From the NCBI GenBank assembly GCA_963848305.1, contig CAWKDC010000001.1, positions 352,001 through 416,000 on the forward strand: a DNA stretch of 64,000 nucleotides, read 5' to 3'. The notes under the pieces are model-generated. The model did no database searches, was not told the DNA's origin, and was given only the letters and a program-made list of their open reading frames with translations. Made by a program: the position numbers and the translations under genes. Below, piece after piece: positions 34,614 through 46,001 of the stretch (within the stretch, counting starts at the first letter, position 1; each line of letters starts with the position of its first letter). This stretch comes from an uncultured Gammaproteobacteria bacterium (GTDB lineage Bacteria > Pseudomonadota > Gammaproteobacteria > JABCZS01).

Positions 34614-36008
34614 TTATTTCTTTGTAAACCGCTTCAAGCGTGCCCGTTTCTTCAACTGACGGGGTGTTAAAATATTTTTCCGGCCTTCATATGGATTTTC
34701 GCCTTGCTGGAACACAAAGCGAACGGGAGTTCCGACCATTTTCAATGCAGCCCTGAAATAATTTTCAAGATAGCGTTGATAGGTGATAGGCACATCCGCT
34801 GTTTGGTTACCATGAATCACGATGATAGGCGGCAAATGCCCGCCGGCATGTGCATAGCGCAATTTAATCCGGCGACCATGCACAGAAGGCGGTTGATGTG
34901 CAAACACCGCTTTTTGTAAAATGCGTGTTAGCTTCGAGGCGGATAACTTCATTGTTGCACAGGCATACGCTTCGTTCACTGCATCAAGCAACACCCCTAC
35001 TCCGCTGCCATGTAAAGCAGAAATAAAATACAATTTTGCAAATGACACAAACTCAAGCTGGCGATCAATCGCGGTTTTAATTTTGACACGTTGCTCTTCA
35101 CTGAGATGATCCCATTTATTGACTGCAACCACCAAAGAACGGCCTGCATCTAAAATAAAACCCAATAAGCTCAAATCTTGATCGGTCAAGGCATCTTGCC
35201 CATCAATCATGTAAATCACCACGTGCGCATCTTCAATCGCCTGCAATGTCTTCACCACAGAAAATTTCTCAACGGCTTCATCAATGTTCTTGCGGCGTCT
35301 CACCCCCGCAGTATCGATAATGGTATAACTTTGACCGGCACGTTCAAAAGGAATATAAATGCTGTCGCGGGTTGTGCCTGGTTGGTCATACACGATCACG
35401 CGCTCTTCGCCCAGAATGCGATTCACTAGCGTTGACTTGCCCACATTCGGGCGACCTACAATGGCCAGTTTGATGCCGCGAGGCGGTAAGTCGGCTTCTG
35501 GCTCGCCCGATGTTTCAACAACCACTTCATACACCGCATCCATCAACGGTTTAATGCCGCGGTTGTGACTCGCAGCAATCGCATGCACATGCTTAAAGCC
35601 GAATGCATAAAAATCAGACATGGCAGTCACTTCATCGCGGCCATCCGTTTTATTCACAACACAAAAAATAGGTTTATCAACACGACGTAATGCTTTTGCG
35701 ATGAAATGATCATTGGGGGTAAGACCGGCAAGCCCATCCACCAAAAATAAAATAATATCTGCTTGCATGACAGCCAACCAAGACTGACCAGCCATCATGG
35801 AATCCATGCCTTCTTCTTGGCCACTGATCCCGCCAGTATCAATCACGATATAAGGAAACGGGCCGACTTTACCTTCGCCAAAATGTCGATCCCGCGTGAC
35901 GCCGGGCATATCATGTACCAGCGCTTGCTGTGATCGCGTGAGACAATTAAACAAAGTAGACTTGCCCACATTGGGCTGCCCAATAATCGCAATGACCGGC
36001 GCTGACAT
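34614..36008 (-). CDS. der: ribosome biogenesis GTPase Der
   Basis: Two GTPase domains (GQPNVGKST, GRPNVGKST) and C-terminal KH-like domain. Confidence 0.98.
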   Translation of the reverse strand: MSAPVIAIIGQPNVGKSTLFNCLTRSQQALVHDMPGVTRDRHFGEGKVGPFPYIVIDTGGISGQEEGMDSMMAGQSWLAVMQADIILFLVDGLAGLTPNDHFIAKALRRVDKPIFCVVNKTDGRDEVTAMSDFYAFGFKHVHAIAASHNRGIKPLMDAVYEVVVETSGEPEADLPPRGIKLAIVGRPNVGKSTLVNRILGEERVIVYDQPGTTRDSIYIPFERAGQSYTIIDTAGVRRRKNIDEAVEKFSVVKTLQAIEDAHVVIYMIDGQDALTDQDLSLLGFILDAGRSLVVAVNKWDHLSEEQRVKIKTAIDRQLEFVSFAKLYFISALHGSGVGVLLDAVNEAYACATMKLSASKLTRILQKAVFAHQPPSVHGRRIKLRYAHAGGHLPPIIVIHGNQTADVPITYQRYLENYFRAALKMVGTPVRFVFQQGENPYEGRKNILTPRQLKKRARLKRFTKK

Positions 36009-37171
36009 TAATTATCCTTTGGAACAATGTTAAACTTCTGTACACGTCCGGTGTGGTTTTGAATGATAACGCCCTGTGAATCAACCAAAATCGGTGCCCG
36101 AATATCATCGCCCGTATGTTTGTGCCCAAGCAGTTGCCCATCACTCAATGAAAACGCAAATAAATATCCATGCACGTCACCAACCACCACATACTGTTCA
36201 TAGATAGCAGGGGATGAGATATAACGACCGTTTAATTCATCTTGCTTCCAGCGGGTTTGACCTGTCATGCGATCAAGCGCATACAGATTGTCGCTCGCAT
36301 CAGACACGATCAGATCATTTCCTGACACTGTCAACCCCACGTAAGAAGACATGGGTTGCGACCAAACCACCTCTAACCTCGGCAAATCGATCGCGAGCAA
36401 ATTACCATGGAACGTCACAACGTACACCATATTGTCAACACGTGCGATTGTGCCGTCAATGTCTACCATGCGATCGATCTCATTTTTACCACGGGGTTGA
36501 GCTGCCGCCTCCAGCCACAACACTTGCCCCGTCATTAATTTGAATAAGCCCACCTGGCCATTGGCAAAACCCACAAAGGCCATGTCTTCTATGATCACCG
36601 GATCCGCGGCACCACGCAACGTGAGCGCCGTTGGAGTGGCATCGTATGTCCATAATGATTTACCCGTATGGGCATCGAGACCATGTAAGCGGCTGTCAAT
36701 CGATAAAGCCACTAACGCATCAGCATCACCGCGCGGCGCGGCCAACACCTCAGAGCTGACTTGTGAGGTCCACAATACTTCACCGTCTTCCTTGCTCAAA
36801 GCAACGACCTGCCCGTTCGAACAACCCATCACAATGGCGTTATCATCTTCACCGGCCGCACTGCTGAAAGGCATTTTGGTTTTGGAGCGCCAGATGCGCT
36901 TACCGGTGAAGGGATCGACCACCACCATCACTCCGCGATAATCAGGAATGGCCAACCATTGCTGACCCTGGTGCATCACGAAATTTGGGTACAATTTCAT
37001 TTGAATGTCACCCAAACCTTGCGAGCCACCTGCGCTCCAAAGTGATTCGAAAGCGACCTGATGCACAAATTTAGGCGGCCTGGTTGAGGCCTTCGGCAAG
37101 TAACTGCACGAAACCAACAACAACACAGAAGCAAGGGCAACACATTGCCAGAGACGTTTGAAAGACATCAT
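36008..37171 (-). CDS. bamB: outer membrane assembly lipoprotein BamB
   Basis: Lipobox LVSC, PQQ-like propeller repeats, RMVDID; synteny yfgM-bamB-der. Confidence 0.92.
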   Translation of the reverse strand: MMSFKRLWQCVALASVLLLVSCSYLPKASTRPPKFVHQVAFESLWSAGGSQGLGDIQMKLYPNFVMHQGQQWLAIPDYRGVMVVVDPFTGKRIWRSKTKMPFSSAAGEDDNAIVMGCSNGQVVALSKEDGEVLWTSQVSSEVLAAPRGDADALVALSIDSRLHGLDAHTGKSLWTYDATPTALTLRGAADPVIIEDMAFVGFANGQVGLFKLMTGQVLWLEAAAQPRGKNEIDRMVDIDGTIARVDNMVYVVTFHGNLLAIDLPRLEVVWSQPMSSYVGLTVSGNDLIVSDASDNLYALDRMTGQTRWKQDELNGRYISSPAIYEQYVVVGDVHGYLFAFSLSDGQLLGHKHTGDDIRAPILVDSQGVIIQNHTGRVQKFNIVPKDN

Positions 37172-37824
37172 TAGCGGTACGTCTCCGTTTTCATTTCAAG
37201 CAATACATTATTAAAGTCTTGCCCTTGATAGGCTGCCAATGCTTCACCATAATGAATGGCAGCTTGTTTCGTATCGCCTTGCGCAATGGCAATATCGCCC
37301 CGCAATTCTTCAGCACCCGCAATAAATGCACCATTGGGGCTGGCAGAATGAAGAGACATGCTTTGCAGCAATGCCAACGCGGCGTCATAATCTTTTTGTT
37401 CAAACTTCAACTGTGCTAAACGCAATGTGGCCAACGGTCTTGCAAAGTCTTTGCCATTGGCACGGACCCAACCCAAAGTTGCTTCGGCATCTTCATAATG
37501 CTGGTCAAACGCTGCGCGCGATGCTTCTAGTAAGGCCACAGCAGAAGCATAAGGTGTTTTTGGATAATCTTCGCGCAACTTTTTGAAGCTAGCGGCCAGG
37601 GGCTCTTCATCGCCTTTCATGAGGGCTTGTTGGTATTCACTGTACAGCTTGGAAGCCGCAACATCCCTTTGGATCATTTGCTTTTCATAGAACTGATAGC
37701 CAAGTGTGATTGCTATTGCCAAACCCAACGCTATCCACAAGCTCTTCCCATGCTTATCGAGCCAAGCCTTAACGCGTGCGGGAGTATTATCATCAATTTG
37801 AAGGTTGTCGAGCATTTTTTCCAT
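37171..37824 (-). CDS. yfgM: YfgM family TPR membrane chaperone
   Basis: N-terminal TM, LRLAQL, ELRGDI; synteny. Confidence 0.88.
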   Translation of the reverse strand: MEKMLDNLQIDDNTPARVKAWLDKHGKSLWIALGLAIAITLGYQFYEKQMIQRDVAASKLYSEYQQALMKGDEEPLAASFKKLREDYPKTPYASAVALLEASRAAFDQHYEDAEATLGWVRANGKDFARPLATLRLAQLKFEQKDYDAALALLQSMSLHSASPNGAFIAGAEELRGDIAIAQGDTKQAAIHYGEALAAYQGQDFNNVLLEMKTETYR

Positions 37825-37825
37825 C

Positions 37826-39091
37826 CTAGTTCACAGTGATCTGCTGCCTTAAAAAGTCCAATAAGGTTTCATCCATAGGCCAACGGGCTGGGTCAATGTT
37901 ATCACGTAATGCTTTTAAAATCACAGTCTTTTCTGCTAAACCTTCGTCATCTATGACCATGGCAAACAAAGCACCCGATTTATCCGCACGTTTAAAGAGA
38001 TTTTTGACGTTGGTTCCTCCCAACAGGGTTTCAACACGCAGCCTCGGGATGTTGCGCAACTGATTCGCCATGATCATCGCCGGCGCAACCGCTGTCTCTG
38101 AAGCAGGTAACACGCAGACATGGGGCGCTGCTGTGATGGTCACTTCGGGCAACAAACCCGTCAACCGTTCCATGCCTAATGCAAACCCCATGGCAGGTGT
38201 TGATTTCCCACCCAGCAGTTCAACCAAACCATCGTACCGTCCGCCCCCACACACTGTCCCTTGAGCACCTAAGGCATCTGTGATCCACTCGAACACGGTG
38301 TGCGCATAATAATCAAGGCCGCGCACCAAGCAAGGATTGACCGTGAAAGCAATCCCCAACTCTGTCAGCAAGCGCTGAAGCCCTTCAAAGTGTCTGATCG
38401 TTGTTTCGCCCAGGTAATCAATGAGTTTTGGGGCATTTTGCAACAGTTGTTTCACATCCGGATTTTTGGAATCGAGAATGCGCATGGGGTTTTTATGCAA
38501 ACGTTCACGACACTCATCATCAAGCTTATCATGATGGGCAGTAAAATAAGTGATGAGTGCAGCACGATAAGCCTTACGCTCTTCAGGCAAACCCAATGTA
38601 TTAATTTCCAACCTCAGGGATGGCAATATCCCGAGCTTGTGAAAAAGTGTTTGCGTGGCTTGAATGATTTCTGCGTCTATATCGGGGCCAGTCATGCCAA
38701 ATGCTTCCATCCCAAATTGGTGGAACTGGCGGGTGCGCCCTTTCTGGGGACGCTCATGACGAAACATCGGACCCATGTACCACAAACGCTGGATCTGATT
38801 ATGCAATAATCCCGCTTGGATACCTGCACGGACGCAACCCGCTGTGGCTTCTGGCCTAAGGGTCAAGCTGTCCTCATTACGATCCACAAAAGTGTACATC
38901 TCTTTCTCGACGATGTCCGTCGTGTTGCCCAACGTCCTTAAGAACAGTTCAGTTGGTTCGACAATGGGCGTACGGATTTCTTGATAATTGAAACCTGCCA
39001 TCAAGGAACGAATGATTTCCTCAACATAAGCCCAGCGCATCACTTCATCAGGCAAAATGTCGTGCATACCACGCACGGCTTGAAATTTCAT
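37826..39091 (-). CDS. hisS: histidine--tRNA ligase
   Basis: RGMHD, LRPEATA, RHERPQKGR, RGLDYY, GGRYDGL. Confidence 0.98.
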   Translation of the reverse strand: MKFQAVRGMHDILPDEVMRWAYVEEIIRSLMAGFNYQEIRTPIVEPTELFLRTLGNTTDIVEKEMYTFVDRNEDSLTLRPEATAGCVRAGIQAGLLHNQIQRLWYMGPMFRHERPQKGRTRQFHQFGMEAFGMTGPDIDAEIIQATQTLFHKLGILPSLRLEINTLGLPEERKAYRAALITYFTAHHDKLDDECRERLHKNPMRILDSKNPDVKQLLQNAPKLIDYLGETTIRHFEGLQRLLTELGIAFTVNPCLVRGLDYYAHTVFEWITDALGAQGTVCGGGRYDGLVELLGGKSTPAMGFALGMERLTGLLPEVTITAAPHVCVLPASETAVAPAMIMANQLRNIPRLRVETLLGGTNVKNLFKRADKSGALFAMVIDDEGLAEKTVILKALRDNIDPARWPMDETLLDFLRQQITVN

Positions 39092-39104
39092 GAAAAACCT
39101 CGAC

Positions 39105-39773
39105 TTAGAATAACATCTCATCCTCGGATGTATCGTTCTGCTCAACCCGCGGTGCATTGGTTTTCGGCGTAACTGCTTTTGGAGCCTGGCGGACGGGCGC
39201 TTCATTGACCTTAGGTGCCTCAACAGCGGCAGGACTGGCTTGAGCAGCTGGCGCTTGTACTTCTATCTGGGCTGGCACCATAGGCGCATGGGGAGCTACC
39301 TCTTCAGGCGCAAATGACTGTGGCGCCGGAACGTCAATGCTTTGATTCTCAACAGGCGTATCTTCGTACTGAAACCACATGAAACCCAACATGCCACAGA
39401 CCAAAGCCCCCAATATACCCCAAAGCATGAAGGAGCGATTCTTGTGGGTTTCTGTTTGGAAACTGGATAATTTGCTGTTCGTGGGATTATTACGTTCTGC
39501 CAGAGCTCGAACAGGGTCAATCAGGCCCAACTGCGTGAATTCAATGATCACTTGCTCCGGATCCACGCCAACAAGGCCGGCAAAGGCACGCAAGTAACCC
39601 TTGAAAAAGACAAGGGGCATTTGACTGTCATAGTCATCAGCCTCTATGCGTCTGATCACATCAGGATGTAGGCGCATTTCCTGCGCGATATCCTCTTGCT
39701 TCTTGCCCAACGCTTCACGCGCAGCGCGTAAGCGCTTGCCGGGCCCCATCACTTGCTCAAATCCTTGTGCCAT
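39105..39773 (-). CDS. rodZ: cytoskeletal protein RodZ (short form)
   Basis: HTH (GKRLRAARE...FKGYLRAFA), one TM, Pro/Ala-rich periplasmic tail. Confidence 0.82.
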   Translation of the reverse strand: MAQGFEQVMGPGKRLRAAREALGKKQEDIAQEMRLHPDVIRRIEADDYDSQMPLVFFKGYLRAFAGLVGVDPEQVIIEFTQLGLIDPVRALAERNNPTNSKLSSFQTETHKNRSFMLWGILGALVCGMLGFMWFQYEDTPVENQSIDVPAPQSFAPEEVAPHAPMVPAQIEVQAPAAQASPAAVEAPKVNEAPVRQAPKAVTPKTNAPRVEQNDTSEDEMLF

Positions 39774-39824
39774 TATTGCACCTCGCTGTTTTAAAAAGAA
39801 CACTCACACAATCATAGCAAAGTT

Positions 39825-40253
39825 TTAGCGAACGATTTCATCATCTTTGAAAAAATATTTAATCTCCACCGCGGCTGTTTCCACAGCATCCGATCCATGC
39901 ACTGCGTTCGCATCGATTGAATCGGCAAAATCCGCACGAATCGTGCCAGGCGCAGCGTCTTTGGGGTTGGTTGCGCCCATTAATTCGCGGTTCTTCAAAA
40001 CGGCATTTTCGCCTTCGAGGGCCTGAATCATGACAGGGCCAGAAATCATGAATTCCACAAGGGCATTAAAAAAGGGACGCGCACGGTGCACGGCATAAAA
40101 GCCTTCCGCATCTTGGCGGGTGAGCCGTGCCATTTTAGCAGCCACAATTTTCAGGCCATTGTCTTCAAAACGGCTGTAAATTTTCCCAATCACGTTTTTA
40201 GCAACGGCATCAGGTTTGATAATAGAAAGGGTACGTTCAATCGGCATGGTCAT
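39825..40253 (-). CDS. ndk: nucleoside diphosphate kinase
   Basis: [24 protein letters not shown]. Confidence 0.98.
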   Translation of the reverse strand: MTMPIERTLSIIKPDAVAKNVIGKIYSRFEDNGLKIVAAKMARLTRQDAEGFYAVHRARPFFNALVEFMISGPVMIQALEGENAVLKNRELMGATNPKDAAPGTIRADFADSIDANAVHGSDAVETAAVEIKYFFKDDEIVR

Positions 40254-40590
40254 CTCCTTCAGATGTTTTTAATGTAAAACTCTCCCCGCAGCCGCAATAG
40301 TGATCAGCATTGGGATTATGAAACTTAAAGTGGCGGTTCAGTCCTTCAGTGACAAAATCAATCTCAGTTCCGTCAAGCTTGCCCAAATCGCCCTTGTTAA
40401 CCACCACGCTCACCTCGTGCTCTGCAAAGACCCTGTCTTCAAGCCCCACATTCTCGGCCATGCCCACACTGTAGGCGAATCCCGAACAACCTGTTTTTTT
40501 AACACCCAAACGAAACCCCATGGCTTCTGGATGTTTCGCCATGATCGTTTTAATATGCGCAGCTGCTGCGGATGTAAGGTGGATAGTCAT
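40237..40590 (-). CDS. A-type Fe-S carrier protein (IscA/SufA family)
   Basis: [14 protein letters not shown]. Confidence 0.93.
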   Translation of the reverse strand: MTIHLTSAAAAHIKTIMAKHPEAMGFRLGVKKTGCSGFAYSVGMAENVGLEDRVFAEHEVSVVVNKGDLGKLDGTEIDFVTEGLNRHFKFHNPNADHYCGCGESFTLKTSEGDDHAD

Positions 40591-40657
40591 GGGCGTATGA
40601 TGAACTATTATTTGAACTGTGTCAATGAGATCGGAGCAACCCCGGCGCTTCGTGAAT

Positions 40658-40679
40658 GGGCGGGAGTACCCGCCCCTAC
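40658..40679 (-). repeat. GTAG-family REP palindrome
   Basis: GGGCGGGAGTACCCGCCCCTAC. Confidence 0.8.
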
Positions 40680-40739
40680 AAGGGGGCTATCATTTTCCTC
40701 ATTATGAAGTACAATGATAAAGCACAAGGAGGATGCGCT

Positions 40740-43148
40740 ATGTCACTGATTGCTATTATTGCCCTGGTTATTGTATTTGGTCTGGTGGCTTACCACCGCA
40801 AACCGTTCTGGCTCTTTGGGATTGCACTCTTGATAGCGCTTGCCGATGGCTTGAATGTCAAGCAAGCCCCTTTGCTCGAATGGCTCCTTGTCCTAGGCCC
40901 TGTCGCCATCGTTGTTGCTGTGCTCACCTCCAAGCCCGTTCGCCGACAGCTCATTTCGCGCCCGCTCTTTCATGTCTTTAAAAAAATCCTCCCTGAGCTC
41001 TCTCAAACTGAACGAGAAGCCATCGATGCAGGCGATACTTGGTGGGAACGCGAGTTGATGAGTGGCATGCCCTGTTATCAACATTTATATGATGTCCCGA
41101 AGCCCGTCCTCACCGAAGAAGAACAAGCGTTCATGGATGGGCCTGTTGCAGAATTGTGCGCCATGGTGAATGATTGGGAAATCACCGCAGAATTACTCGA
41201 TCTCCCCCCCGCGATCTGGGCTCACCTCAAACAGCATGGGTATTTTGGATTGATCATCCCGAAAAGCTATGGCGGTAAAGCTTTTTCTGCATTTGCGCAT
41301 GCAGAAATCATCACACGCATTTCTGCTGTGAGCGTGACAGCAGGTGTCACTGTTTCTGTCCCGAATTCCCTCGGGCAGGCAGAACTCTTAATGCATTATG
41401 GCACTGAAGAACAAAAAAATTATTATCTACCACGCCTCGCCCGTGGTGAAGAAATACCTTGTTTTGCGTTAACCAGTCCCAGAGCCGGATCAGATGCTGG
41501 CGCCATCCCTGATTCGGGTGTGATCACACGCGGCCAATATGAAGGCAAAGAGATCATCGGTATCAAATTGAACTGGGACAAACGTTATATTACGCTTGCG
41601 CCTGTTGCCACCATTCTGGGGCTTGCATTCAAACTGTATGATCCAGACCATTTGCTCGGCGATAAAACGGATTACGGGATCACTTGCGCCCTCATTCCCA
41701 CCAACACACCCGGGATTACGATTGGTCGTCGCCACTACCCTATCAATGCGTGTTTCCAAAATGGTCCGACGCAAGGCAAAGACGTCTTTGTCCCCCTGAG
41801 CTGTATTATCGGCGGAGAAAAAATGGCCGGTCAAGGCTGGCGCATGCTGATGGAATGTTTGTCGGCAGGCCGAGCGATTTCATTACCGTCAGTATCCTCT
41901 GGACCCATTGCAGCACTCACTGTGGCCACAGGTGGTTATGCCCGCATTCGTCAACAATTTAAATTACCAATTGGCTATTTCGAAGGCGTTGAAGAAGCGC
42001 TTGCCCGTATGGGTGGATACACTTATTTGGCGGAAGCTTGCCGTGTGATGACGACTGGCGCGATCGATCTTGGATTAAAGCCTGCGATTGCAGGCGCGAT
42101 CAGTAAATATCATGTCACAGAATTAGCACGCAAAGCCTCAATGGATGTGATGGACGTACTGGGCGGCAAAGGCATTTGCATGGGTCCAAATAATTTTGCC
42201 GCACGTTTCTATGAAGCGATGCCGATTGCCATTACTGTTGAAGGCGCGAATATTCTCACGCGTAGCATGATCATTTTTGGACAAGGCGCCTTGCGCTGCC
42301 ATCCGTATGCATTGGCCGAAATGAAAGCGGTGCATAACCCTGATACCCAAGCGGGATTGCGCGCATTTGATAATGCATTCTTTGGGCATGCCGCGTATAT
42401 TCTCAGCAACATGGTGCGCACCGTTGCACTGTCGTTCACTGGCGGGCAAATCACCCAGCCCAAGGCACATGATTCTGTGCAACGATATTATCAACACATC
42501 ACCCGTTTGAGTGCCGCCCTCGCGCTCACCACTGACATGGCCATGGGTGTTTTAGGCGGTGAATTAAAGCGCCGTGAAAAACTCTCTGCGCGCCTAGGGG
42601 ATGTGTTGTCTTATTTATATTTAACCAGTGCGGTATTAAAACGTTTTCATGATGAAGGCGAACACTCTGCCGATATTCCCCTATTACACTGGTGTTGCCG
42701 TTACACTCTATCCCGCGCGGAATCAAGCCTAAAAGATTTTTTCACCAATTTTCCTGTGCGTCCTATCGCCTGGATCATGAATATATTGATATTCCCTTAC
42801 GGTCAACGCATACAATTACCCAACGATAAAATGGGACATTTGATTGCGCGCATGCTGATCACACCGAATGATACCCGCACACGATTATGCGCTTCTGCCT
42901 GTGATTTAACAGCCAGGAACAGTTTGTATACACAAGTGCAAGAGACTTTACTTCAATGCATTGAAGTGGAACCCATTGAAAAACGCATTGCGCAAGCTGT
43001 CAAGGCTGGGCAGTTGCCTGAAGATCATCTCTGCAATATCTATGATTTAGCCAAAGACGCAGGCATCATCAATGAAGCAGAATGTGTGTCATTGAGAAAG
43101 GCGGATGAAGCAAGAATGAAGGTGATTGCGGTGGATGATTTCGCGTAA
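40740..43148 (+). CDS. fadE: acyl-CoA dehydrogenase FadE
   Basis: N-terminal TMs, PCFALT, KRYITLAP, ITVEGANILTR, IAVDDF end; AGGAGG RBS. Confidence 0.95.
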   Translation: MSLIAIIALVIVFGLVAYHRKPFWLFGIALLIALADGLNVKQAPLLEWLLVLGPVAIVVAVLTSKPVRRQLISRPLFHVFKKILPELSQTEREAIDAGDTWWERELMSGMPCYQHLYDVPKPVLTEEEQAFMDGPVAELCAMVNDWEITAELLDLPPAIWAHLKQHGYFGLIIPKSYGGKAFSAFAHAEIITRISAVSVTAGVTVSVPNSLGQAELLMHYGTEEQKNYYLPRLARGEEIPCFALTSPRAGSDAGAIPDSGVITRGQYEGKEIIGIKLNWDKRYITLAPVATILGLAFKLYDPDHLLGDKTDYGITCALIPTNTPGITIGRRHYPINACFQNGPTQGKDVFVPLSCIIGGEKMAGQGWRMLMECLSAGRAISLPSVSSGPIAALTVATGGYARIRQQFKLPIGYFEGVEEALARMGGYTYLAEACRVMTTGAIDLGLKPAIAGAISKYHVTELARKASMDVMDVLGGKGICMGPNNFAARFYEAMPIAITVEGANILTRSMIIFGQGALRCHPYALAEMKAVHNPDTQAGLRAFDNAFFGHAAYILSNMVRTVALSFTGGQITQPKAHDSVQRYYQHITRLSAALALTTDMAMGVLGGELKRREKLSARLGDVLSYLYLTSAVLKRFHDEGEHSADIPLLHWCCRYTLSRAESSLKDFFTNFPVRPIAWIMNILIFPYGQRIQLPNDKMGHLIARMLITPNDTRTRLCASACDLTARNSLYTQVQETLLQCIEVEPIEKRIAQAVKAGQLPEDHLCNIYDLAKDAGIINEAECVSLRKADEARMKVIAVDDFA

Positions 43149-43204
43149 CCGTAGTAGGGGCGCGTCTTCAATACACGGGGAAAAAGTTTACCCCCGCGGC
43201 GAAG

Positions 43205-45687
43205 CTAGACCCTATCAATGATTATACTCTCATTTCGTTTCATTCCATCATTTCCAGGTTTCTTAGCTTCAGACAACCTCACCGGCTGCATACTGGTTGC
43301 TAATGATGCGAGGCCGAGCGTTACCATCGCCAAAAAAGAACCTATTTTGATGATCCATTCTGCAGCATGAGGCGCATCAATATGATCATTATCAAACCAA
43401 AAAGGTATATGCAGCACATCTTCGAAGAAGAAAATCATGCCGCCACCGCCAATGGCACCGAATGACAACGCATTCACTATCGCAGCAAACACCTGTTGAC
43501 CTGTACGTGAATCAGAGGAATCTTTCAGATTGAGCAAAGGATCAAGTGGTTTAATAGGCGGCCTGAACCACTTAAACAACCCCCAAGCAACAACAGCGCC
43601 CAAAATAGCCAAGCCAGTCGGGGTGATCATGCCGTGATCATTGCCTGTCATCCAGCCATGTTGACCATTTGTCAACGGTTTTTGCAAATCCTCATGAATC
43701 AGTGAGGCGATGAAGACTGCCAGGATACCTGCCATCAACGTACAGCCAACAGCATAGTTCACTTTATAGGTAGTAAGCTCTTTTTTAATCACATCCTCTT
43801 TCATTGCTTCGGTCTTCAGAGCAGACATCAGCTTGAATAAATTAGTGAGCGAAAAACAGCTAAAAATAAATCGAGAACCTGGTGCGGTGATCACAAATAA
43901 GAAGAAGAAAACAATAATCCAAGCAGAAAAATCTTCCGTGGTATCGATGGGGTCATACTCACCCGTATTAGGCAGCAGCGAATGATCGTTTGCCCAACCA
44001 TCGATAAGGCCAAACGTATTCTTGGTCTGCGCCATGATCGAAGAGATCAAACCAACGCCTACAATGAAGACAACGAACCAATTCGTCTTTTCCTCGTTAT
44101 TAGCATCTTTTTCAGTGGGAACAAAAAACTGATGAAAAAGATTTCCGATTGAGGCAGGCTTTTCAGGTTTATCATTGCTAGAATTATTTGGCGTAGAGTC
44201 ATTATTTTGAGATTCGATTTTAAGCTGCATGAGCGCAGCCAATAACATATCTCGCTTTTCTTCCTTTTCTTTTTCTTTAAATTTTTCACGCAGAACTTTG
44301 GTTCACAGAAACACAACACCCAAACCAATCAAACCAGCAAGCGCGGCACCAATACCAAACGATATGTCTTCGGACAACCCAAACAAGCCATCGTCTTCTT
44401 TCTTCTTCTCGAGCAGTTTCGCAACTTTTTCAAGAATCAACATCCCCAATGACACGACCATTAAAAATGTACATGCAGATAAGCCATACATCAGCCATCT
44501 ACGACTGCCATGATGAGGCAGCTTGGATAAATCCACATCAATGCTCAGATAATTTTCGTCAACCTCAAATTTTGTGATTTGATATGTTTCTGTGCCAATT
44601 TTGATTTGATTAGGCACGTGCCTTTGAGCACCCTTTTTCCCCTGCTCATCGGCAGCTACTTGCTCTTCCTCCCAGATTCCGTAAAACCTGGCAGTTTTTT
44701 CATCAATGCGAATATTTTCAACAAAAGATCCGACATTCTTGCGTGATGTCTTAATATTGATGGGAGCAGTAATGGTGAGCTTTTTTTGGTCATAAGTATA
44801 CGAATAAGGTCGCCCATCAATGTCAATGTTGCCTGTAGCACTATCAGACATATTGCTCGTGTCAAACACCCACTCTTGAGCGGAAGCAGAATGAGTGCCA
44901 GTTTTTGAATCGGATGTTTGTTTTTTTACTATTAAATTACCCTCTTGAACCTTAATCTGTGTATTGGTTAAAACACCTAACGGGGTTTTGATTTTATCTT
45001 CTAACTTGAATATTTGCTGATTTTGACTATCTCGCACCAAGCCCCATTCATTGCCCAGGACTTCGGCCTATACTTAAGCTCATACCCATCCCTATTGGCA
45101 TTTTGTGCAAATTCCAATGATCGCGTTTCCAAGAACCCCCACTCTCCATGAGGTGCACTGAAAATTTTATTCATCATGTCCGGCACCGCTTTGCGGTACA
45201 TCATCCACTGGGCCATCATCGATGTGGTATACAAGAACGCTTTGACAATGTTTTCATAAGCGCCAAATTCAACGCCCACTTCGTCTGAAATCAAAAAATT
45301 GAACATGCTGGATGAATTGGTGCCCGAGGTACCTATCATCATCAAGATGACCACCACATACCCCAAAGAGTGCAATACAGCGCGTCGTTTAAAATGGTGG
45401 TCAACAGTTTTTCCACCTTCATCACTTAAAAGCACATCGACTATTTTACTATACGCATCTTGAGCAGCACCGTTCGAATCTCCAGGGTTATTTTTTTTAG
45501 CTGATTCGATGGCTGATAAAACTTCACCCTCATAGGGCAATAATAACAGATAGGTTAACAAGGGACTATTTTTCGTGCGCGCGTTTTTACTATTATATGT
45601 CAGCACTGCTTCTTCTAGCTTTTCAATGAAATGCTTATGCTGCTTGGCCAGTAGCCAATGTTCCCAAGGATTGACAGATGCACCCAT
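43205..45687 (-). CDS. large hypothetical polytopic membrane protein (~830 aa) split by a frameshift (~45040-45065) and an in-frame TGA (44303-44305)
   Basis: ORFs 45001-45687, 44303-45040, 43205-44248; the last two are in frame (VVFL*TKVLREKFKEKEKEEKRDMLL). Confidence 0.6.
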
Positions 45688-46001
45688 AAAGCAAGCTCCT
45701 TAGCTTATTCAATACCCACAGTGTATCAAGCTTTCTACATAAAAAGCAAGAGGTATGCAAAGAAAAAAGGATAGTTTTTTAATAAAAACAGAGGATTACG
45801 CAGATTGACGAATGGTATTAAGCCATATAATCAAGTGGTACTGTGTTACGAAGGGACAGCAGAGAAATCCACTCAAGTCTTTATATAAATCAATGCGTTG
45901 CGATATCTTTCCTCACAGTAAAACCACCCGTAACCACTTTGTCAGGGTACAGCCACTTATGCCCTAGGACAAGGCTGCCACAACCTATCAATAAATAGAA
46001 A

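Noticed and set aside
39092-39223. N-terminal extensions of hisS (also fadE, ruvC, wrbA, grxD, rpoE) in the ORF track
   Set aside because: Conserved starts lie downstream; the extensions overlap neighbours or REP elements
20903-44305. Alternative genetic code (UGA=Trp/Gly) or selenocysteine
   Set aside because: Many conserved genes end correctly at TGA, prfB is intact, and the contexts are not Cys/redox sites
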